A DNA stretch of 64,000 nt, from contig CP000070.1 of assembly GCA_000002445.1 (NCBI GenBank), positions 768,001 to 832,000 of the forward strand. The letters are read 5' to 3'. The DNA is from Trypanosoma brucei (lineage: Eukaryota). The position numbers were made by a program, and so were the translations under genes. The notes under the pieces were generated by a model. It was not told the DNA's origin. It saw only the letters and a program-made list of their open reading frames with translations, and did not search any database. The stretch's first letter is position 1. Each line of letters starts with the position of its first letter. Shown here in pieces: positions 45,901-53,472 of this stretch.

Positions 45901-48900
45901 TGTGGATTACCTTGTGACACCGAGTCAGAGACTTGAATGGGAGCAGCAGGGTCTTCCAAAAGACAATCTCTGTGCGGAAAACGCAATGATTCTTCACCGT
46001 AGTCGACGATACCCCCTACTCATTGACCCCAGCGGGGTTGCCACCGCATTTCTGCAGAAGAAACACAAAGATGGAACGATGCGTACCACAAGTTTCACGA
46101 AGAGCGATTATCTCAAGCAATTGGACATGGCCATCCGGTTCGGTTACGCACTTATCATAGAAGACGCGGAGTTCATGGACCCCATTATTGGACCACTTCT
46201 AAAGAACGAGATGCGACGTGTGGGAGGGCGCACGATGACGCGACTTGGTGGCCGTGAGGTGGAAACTACTTCTTCCTTTAGTTTGATTCTCATCACGCGT
46301 GATTCGCACTATCAACCACCTCCCGGAATAGCAGGAAGGGTCTGCCTTGTTAATTTTGCCGTGACACTGTCTTCGCTTGAGTCACAGTGCCGTCATCGGT
46401 TGCTGCTTCACGAACGGGCGGATGTCGATGAGCAGCGCGCCCGCGTCCTGAAGGTTCGGGAGGAGTATTCTGTTCGTGTGCGGGTGTTAGAACAGGAACT
46501 GCTCAAGCTGATTGCGGGAAGTGAAGGAAGTATTCTTGAGAATAATACACTGACTGTTGCACTGGAGCGGCTGAAGGGGGAGACAAAGGCGTTGAAGGAG
46601 GGGATTGTAGAGAGTGATGAATTGATGCGATCCATTACCGCTGTTGAAGAACATTACAAGCCACTTGCAACAGCAGTGTCAAAAGTTTACTTTGTTCTAC
46701 GCTGCTTCTCCCAGTTGCATGGATTGTATCAGTACAGTGTGAAGTTCATCTTCCGCGTATTGAATGACGCCCTTGACCAGCTACCCCCGCCTAGCAATTC
46801 CAACGGCGCGCAGCAGGAAGAAGCGCCCGCGGAAAAAAAAGAGGAGGATGCAGCGCGACTGCAAGTACTCACGAGACATGTGTTTTATCTTCTATATCAC
46901 CGCGCGCGGCGGGGCATGTTCGCGCAGGATCATCTTGTTCTTGCCACCGCCCTGGGTAAGGCGCGTAGTGGCATCGCCGATCCCATCGGGCAACAACTAA
47001 CTATTGAAGAGTGGAATCTCTTCGAAAGTGCGTTAGGCGGGCCGGTGGCAAGCACAGGCGTGTCAATACCAGCTGAAAGTATAAAAGGTGCTGACAGGCT
47101 TGACCAACTCCCCAAGATACTGTCTGGGTGCCGTGTGTGCTCGCCGTCTTCAGCCGCGGTTCTCGCGGAGCTGCTGAAGCTACCACTGTTTGAGCAAGTG
47201 CGGGTTTCACTGAATAACCCGGAGCATGGGGAGGCATGGAGAGCATACTTTGCAGCGGTGGAGCCCTACGCCGAGACGATACCTCCCTTTTCCCGAAAAG
47301 TCAAGAATTTCAGTGCCGATGACGCCAATTGCAGCAGTGTAGGTGGAAGCCATGCTGTGGGGCCCACACGCCGTGCGTTTATAACGGCTTTGCTACTTCT
47401 GCACACCCGCCGTGACGCTTTTGTGCCCGCTGCCTCAGAGTTCCTACGACTCTTTTTTGATGGTGCAGACGTGGCAGTGGGAGACGGGCGTGGCAACTGT
47501 GGGGAAAGCGGTTATCGTGCTATCGCTGGCCATGACGGTGCTAAAGGTGGCATGGGCGACTTTGATTCCTTCTTTTCGGCGGAAGTTCTTGATCTTGTTG
47601 CAATTCAGAAGGAGTTGACTAACACAACCCCACTCATATTAGTGGCGAATGCGGGGAGTGACCCAACGGTGTCGCTGGAGGCAGTGGCGAGTGCAATGAA
47701 TGTTCAACTACATACTGCCGTTATGGGCTCTGCAGACAGTACCGAAGCAGCTGAACGGTTCCTCACGACAGCAACGGTGGATGGTGCATGGGTACTACTA
47801 AAGAATATTCACATTGACCGCGCCTTCGCCGACGTTGTTGTGAGGCACTTGCATCGCGTTTTTGCCGGGGATCAGGTACATGAGGGCTTCCGCCTCATTT
47901 TATCCATGGAGGCGAAGGCACAGCATGTGGTTGGCAACCTTGGGGAGAGAGGTTGTGGTGGAGACGTAATAAATGCACGGTCCCCGCTCGACCTTCCTGT
48001 CAGTTTGGTGGAGTCATCAATCGTTGTGGTGTACGAACCACCTCCAGGTATGAAGGCTTCTCTTCTTCAAACTATTGGATCTCTGAGGGCCCCAACCCAA
48101 CAAGCTCCTTATTCTGCCGACATGGTGCGCATTTATCTTACTGCTGCTTGGTTTCACGCAGTGGTTATGGAACGGCTCCTATATGTTCCACTGGGTTGGA
48201 GCACGCGCTATGAAATCAACGACACGGAATTCTGGCACACATTGCAAGCCGTCAACCGTTGGGTGATGACGACGGAGAGCACCTCTGGAGGAAACACTGT
48301 TGGTGATATTGAGGGAAATCAAGTCTGTAGCGCTAACCGCGAGCATTTCCCATGGTTAGCCCTTCAAACCATAATCGGCACGGCTCTCTACGGCGGTAAA
48401 TTGAGCAACGACTTTGACCAATTTCTTCTAAATTCGTTCTGCACGCAGCTGTTTAGCCCCATTATTTTTGAGGACGACAAGTTTTTCGCATTGCTGGAGG
48501 GCCTATGCGTAAATCAGAAGCTTCGACTCCCTTCCATGGACACATTGAATGACGTTTTGGCGTGGGTAAAGTCCCTGCCGGACCCGCAGCCGCTTCGTTG
48601 GGCACGGTTGCCGGCAAGCGCCTCGCGGTTAATGTTAGAAAAGCAGGCGGTTGCTATGTTGGAACGGCTTGCGATTCTGCGATTTGTTGGTGAGAAAGAA
48701 CATAGTGGCCGCAGCATTGTTGACGGTTGCGCCGCCTACTCGGAGGAGTCAACCATACCGCGCTGTCTAACCGAAATGCAGTGGGCGCAGAAGGTTCGGC
48801 TGTTTTGTTCCTCATGGCGCTCCTCGCTAGAACGACTTGTTCCCGCAGGACAGGTCGTGTCGGCACAATCAGCAGAAACGCCGTCAGGGGGGAGGAGCAG

Positions 48901-49789
48901 CGGAGCAGAACGGTGTAAAGAGGAGCCTGTTTCGGTAATGGTCGACAGGGAATATGCCTTTGCAATGGAACGCCTTCATGAGGTTCTTGATGACCTACAG
49001 GTGGTAGAAAACATTTGCTGCGGAACAGGTAAACCAACGGCAGATCAGCGTGCTCTCATCGACTGGCTGTTAAAGGACCAAATCCCGCCGATGTGGGCAC
49101 GGTCCTATTCTTCTCACACAGCAGTGGCAGAACAGTGGATGATAGATTTTGCGCGTCGGGTTTCTCATGCTTTATATCTACGCGGGGCCATACAGAGGGA
49201 GTCGGGTGGCGCTGTATGCCTCAACCTCGGTCTTCTTTTCTGGCCTGAGGCCTTCGTTACTACAACGAAGCAGCAGACAGCCCGCAGACAGAGTCAGCCA
49301 TTGGAGCAACTGCAAATTCAACTTGACCTCATGCCGGAGGAAGATGTGCGAGCACGAGCTGCTAAAGTTGTAAAGGAGGATGATGTCTGGCATATTGTGG
49401 GTCTGACGCTATTTTCAGCCTCCCTCAAGAAGTGTGACACGGCTAGTGGTGGTGCCGGCTATACGTGTGTATTACTGCCTGACTCATCCACGGCACCTTC
49501 AACGCCTGTTGGGGCGGTGATGAGGTGGAGGCCGGTTGTGTTGTCGAGAACCACCACCGCACCAGACGCTGGTTGCTGTATGGCCCCTGCAGCAAAATCA
49601 TCGGTTCTGACACGGCTAGCCTCGCGTGATAAGAATTCTAATTGCCTCATTGTACCACTATACGCGAGCGATCTACGCAGAGCACTGCTGCAAGTTGTGG
49701 AACTGAGGGTGGACATTAAAAACACGCCAATGCACGCATGGTATGAACGGGGGACATGCCTTGTAGCCTGGTCGATGGAAGCCTACTAG
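33917..49789 (+). CDS. DHC1: Dynein heavy chain, cytoplasmic dynein-1 type (~5,290 aa)
   Basis: The track ORF starts at TTG 33911; the first ATG is at 33917. Four AAA+ P-loops are present in order: [10 protein letters not shown] (AAA1), [10 protein letters not shown] (AAA2), GPPGSGKT (AAA3), GASGVGKT (AAA4). The AAA1 block ...[47 protein letters not shown] matches the cytoplasmic dynein-1 signature ([18 protein letters not shown]...). Axonemal heavy chains have LAQSGAWACFDEFNRI there instead. A coiled-coil stalk and the C-terminal domain are both present. Confidence 0.9.
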   Translation: [5290 protein letters not shown]

Positions 49790-50367
49790 CAGAAAAGGAA
49801 TGCTCTTTCTGTATATCTTTTGGGAGAGTGAGATGGTGGGCGTGCCGTAGGTGAGAGTGACTTTCGTGGAGTACCTCGGATACGAATTTAACTCGATCAA
49901 TGATTTATGTTTCCGAACCAGAAGTCGTGAGGGGGATATGAACGGGGGGTGGGAATAATTGGTACCGTCCTTTCGATCTAGATCTAACAATGGCCCGCAT
50001 ATGTAAAGTCTGAGAAACTATCATCCATTGTCACGGTGGCATGCGTTTGCGGGGATGAATAGGGCTTTTTCTTCCGTTTTTTTAAAAGTGGCAAGCGGAC
50101 GTGAGCAACCGAATAATAGAAGAAAAAGGGTTTCGCGGACGTGATTTCACATGGCTGCCTCAAATGTGGGTTAATCAAACTACAGTTGTTTAAAAACCGT
50201 AGAAGGAAGGATAGAAGTGTTGTTCTGAGCAACTCTATAATCCTTTCAACGTATCTTTTCTGCCTCTTTTCTACCCTCTTGTGTTCTCCCCCAAACGGGG
50301 GGTGTGTTGTTGAATTTAGGTATTCATAAGATCTTCGCAGACACGACCGCGGACACTAAGGAAACAA

Positions 50368-51543
50368 ATGATGAGCAGCGGGAACCAACACGAAAAGGTT
50401 CAATTGCAGCAGGGAGGCAATACCCGTGGTCGCTTCTGTTCGGTAACGATAGTGGGATCGGGTGTGTCCACGGGTGTCCCCGTCATTGGTCATCTGTCTT
50501 CTGATTGCGCCTGCGCTGAGGCCTTCCGCGATCCACAGGGTCCTGACAGAAGGAACAATGTCAGCCTCCTCATAACAGTAAGGGACGCCGAATGCACTGG
50601 TAGTGATAGTGAAGATGACAGGAACGCGAAGCACGTACTTATCGACTGCGGCAAAACATTTCGTGATGCCTACTTTCGTGTTCTTGCCAAACACAAGGTA
50701 CGCTATCTTGACGGGTTGCTACTGACGCATGACCATGCGGACGCAGCTGGCGGGGTGGATGACCTTCGTGACCTGCAGCGTGTGACCGTGGACGATGTAA
50801 GTAAGTGCTGCACGATTGAACAGTACATATCAACTTACGCTTCCGAAAAAACCATCGAGTCGCTTCGCCAACAATTTGGATATATTGTGCGAAACAGCTG
50901 GTTGATGGGACCAGCACCGAGCACTGCCGAGGAGCATGAGCTAGTTGTGAAGCGCATGAGGGAGGATCGTGAGCGGGAAGGGCAGACAGACAACATAGGT
51001 TATCGACGGAGTGCTGCACTACACCTTTACACACTGCCTGACACGTACCCATCATCCTTTTACATCCCCGGGTTCGGTGAGAATTTTCCCATGTATGCCT
51101 TACCGGTGGAGCACGGAAAAGGATACATGTCACTTGGTTTTGTATTTGGTCGTGGTGTTGCGCTTCGTAGCACCGGTGCCAGCAGTTGCAACGGATACTC
51201 CTGTGTTGTGTATCTTTCGGATGTAAGCGAAATACCACCAAATGCCATGTCCTTTCTCCGCGATCTAGTGAAAATCGATGTCCTTTTTGTCGATATGTTA
51301 TATGGCCCAGAAGTGAGTCACCCTTCGCACTACTGTATGGACGATACACTGCAACTGGTTTGCGAACTGCAGCCTGCACGCACTTACGCCATCGGCATGT
51401 ATTGTGATATAAAACACGCAGCGGGCAACCGCTTGCTAAAGGAGAGGTTGGAAGAACTACGGGGGGCGGGTAAATGCGGTGATGGCGTAATAACTGTGGA
51501 GTTGGGCTACGATGGAATGACTATGGCACTTCCTCTGTCGTGA
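50368..51543 (+). CDS. Metallo-beta-lactamase-fold hydrolase, PhnP-like
   Basis: The N-terminal TIVGSGVSTGVPVIGHLSSDCACAEAF resembles the PhnP-family opening (tGTGgs.GvP...C.C..C). The H-x-H-x-D-H region reads LLLTHDHADAAGG, i.e. H-D-H-A-D-A, so the last His of the canonical motif is apparently Ala. Later conserved Asp/His positions are present (…YLSDVSEIPP…DMLYGPEVSHPSHYCMDD…). Confidence 0.55.
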   Translation: MMSSGNQHEKVQLQQGGNTRGRFCSVTIVGSGVSTGVPVIGHLSSDCACAEAFRDPQGPDRRNNVSLLITVRDAECTGSDSEDDRNAKHVLIDCGKTFRDAYFRVLAKHKVRYLDGLLLTHDHADAAGGVDDLRDLQRVTVDDVSKCCTIEQYISTYASEKTIESLRQQFGYIVRNSWLMGPAPSTAEEHELVVKRMREDREREGQTDNIGYRRSAALHLYTLPDTYPSSFYIPGFGENFPMYALPVEHGKGYMSLGFVFGRGVALRSTGASSCNGYSCVVYLSDVSEIPPNAMSFLRDLVKIDVLFVDMLYGPEVSHPSHYCMDDTLQLVCELQPARTYAIGMYCDIKHAAGNRLLKERLEELRGAGKCGDGVITVELGYDGMTMALPLS

Positions 51544-52173
51544 GTGACGTTTGCAGAAGTTACATTTCTGTTGAATTTTTTCTACGACAGCGTGCCGTAA
51601 TGCTCTCCCTGCTGCTGCACCACTGGGGGAAGGTCCTTCGGCGTTCGAACATCTTCACTCGTTGCGACCGCGGGTTGCGTTTTTTTATTGCCGATGTTGA
51701 TCCCACCACTGATTTGCAATGTTGGGTCTCTTTTCGATTTGCATTTTATGCAGAATCCCAGACAGGTACCAACGCATTGCTTTCTCACCTCTTTAACGTT
51801 TGCCGCCCCGTTTTGACGACCTGTGTTTTTTTTTATTTGTATGTGTTTGTGTGTGGTGAGAAGCTGCGACTAAGATGGGGAGAATTAATGGAATGTTGGA
51901 GGCCATGGTAGTCCCCAATTGAAGGGAGAGGTGAGTCTTTCGTGTGTCTAATTTATTGCTGTTCCTTCCTCACTTCTCCAGCCTACCGTTAGCGTCAGGA
52001 AAACAAATGAAGAAAATGTGCTTCAAAATATGCACCTGCGGCTATTAAGACCAAGAACAAAGGTATGTGTGCGCGCCTGCCTGCGCTCCGCTGAGTGCAT
52101 GTTTTGTTCTTCTTCACCGTAGTTTCACCCTCTTTCCCCCCTGTAACATCTTCGCCTCCTAGATCCAAGCTAC

Positions 52174-53472
52174 ATGGCTTCCGTGTTCTATATTCTTGAC
52201 AGCAAAGGGTCTCCACTCATATGCCGCTCCTACAGGGGAGATGTCACCCATAACCCTCCGTCTGTCTTTCAGCGCCGAGTGCTTGACGAGGAGGAGTTCC
52301 GCATAACCCCTATTTTTGAGGAACAGGGGTATATCTATTGCTACATACGGGTGAACAACGTGTTCTTCCTGATGGTGAGCAAGTTAAACATTCTCCCACT
52401 GCAGCAATTCGCCTTCATGCGGCAATGTGTCACCGTTTTCGAAAGCTACTTCAAGCACGTGCTAGAGGAAACGATAATGGACAATTTTGTCATTGTATAT
52501 GAGCTACTGGACGAGATGTGTGATTTTGGCTTCCCGCAATACACCGAAGAGAAGTCACTCAAAAAATATATCACACAAGAGAGCCTTATTTCGTACCTGC
52601 TCCCTGAAGATAAGCTCCACGTGAAAGAGCTACCGGCAGAGGCGTCGGGTCGCGGTGGCCTCACGCCGTGGCGTCAGCCTGGTAAGTATAAGTACCGTAA
52701 AAACGAAGTCTTCCTTGATGTTATTGAGAGTGTGAACATCCTTCTCTCACCTGGCGGAGAAACGCTTTCAAGCGAAATATGTGGTCAGATTAAAATGCGT
52801 GTGCGTCTCTCCGGGATGCCGGTCCTGAAACTTGGTCTGAATGACAAGGCTACGTTTGAGATGTTGGCCTCCCGCGGGCGTGCTGTTGAGATGGAGGGCG
52901 TCAAACTGCATCAGTGCGTTAAGCTTAGTCAGTTCGAGAGTCACCGTGTTATTTCTTTCGTACCACCTGATGGGGAATTCGAGCTGATGTCTTACCGCAC
53001 GAGTAAGAAGGTGGCTCCGATGGTTACCGTGGAGTGCACCACCGTTAGTAAAAGCGCGACTCAGGTGGAGATGGCCCTAGTGGCACGCACCACGTTTCGA
53101 CGCACTCTCACCGCATCTTTCTTGGATATTCTTGTGCCGGTCCCGAGCGATGCATTCAAACCGGAGGGGCGGTGCTCGGCGGGAAAGGTTCGTCATGCAC
53201 CGGAGTCCAACTTACTTATGTGGAGTCTGCGCGAGGTAAGTGGTGGTAAGCAATTCACCTGTTCATTCAAATTCAGCCTCCCTTCCGTGCGAAGCAGTGA
53301 TCCATCCGTGTTTGCTAAGGCACCAGTACAAGTGAAATTTGAGGTCCCATACCTTACGGCATCCGGTATTCAAGTGCGGTATTTGAAGGTGGAGGAAGAG
53401 CCGAACTATCAGGCGCTGTCGTGGGTACGGTACGTCACGCAGAGCGGCGACTACCAGATTCGGACGGCGTAA
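52174..53472 (+). CDS. Clathrin adaptor-complex medium (mu) subunit, most similar to AP-1 mu1
   Basis: The N-terminal longin-like domain MASVFYILDSKGSPLICRSYRGDV... and ...DNFVIVYELLDEMCDFGFPQYTEEKSLKKYITQES are near-colinear with mu1/mu2 adaptins (ASAVYVLDLKGKVLICRNYRGDV; DNFVIIYELLDELMDFGYPQTTDSKILQEYITQE). The C-terminal mu-homology domain is ...IKMRVRLSGMPVLKLGLNDKATFE...EFELMSYR...IQVRYLKVEEEPNYQALSWVRYVTQSGDYQIRTA. The mu family is certain; the AP-1 versus other AP assignment is less so. Confidence 0.85.
   Translation: MASVFYILDSKGSPLICRSYRGDVTHNPPSVFQRRVLDEEEFRITPIFEEQGYIYCYIRVNNVFFLMVSKLNILPLQQFAFMRQCVTVFESYFKHVLEETIMDNFVIVYELLDEMCDFGFPQYTEEKSLKKYITQESLISYLLPEDKLHVKELPAEASGRGGLTPWRQPGKYKYRKNEVFLDVIESVNILLSPGGETLSSEICGQIKMRVRLSGMPVLKLGLNDKATFEMLASRGRAVEMEGVKLHQCVKLSQFESHRVISFVPPDGEFELMSYRTSKKVAPMVTVECTTVSKSATQVEMALVARTTFRRTLTASFLDILVPVPSDAFKPEGRCSAGKVRHAPESNLLMWSLREVSGGKQFTCSFKFSLPSVRSSDPSVFAKAPVQVKFEVPYLTASGIQVRYLKVEEEPNYQALSWVRYVTQSGDYQIRTA

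Noticed and set aside
50639-51379. 246-aa ORF on the minus strand
   Set aside because: It lies entirely antisense to the MBL-fold gene, which has strong family motifs. It is a GC-rich shadow ORF. The same applies to other long minus-strand ORFs (2813-3274, 11979-12545, 14662-15114, 15713-16195, 31767-32255, 57285-57743, 61601-61990, 62044-62445). No minus-strand gene in this window has independent support.
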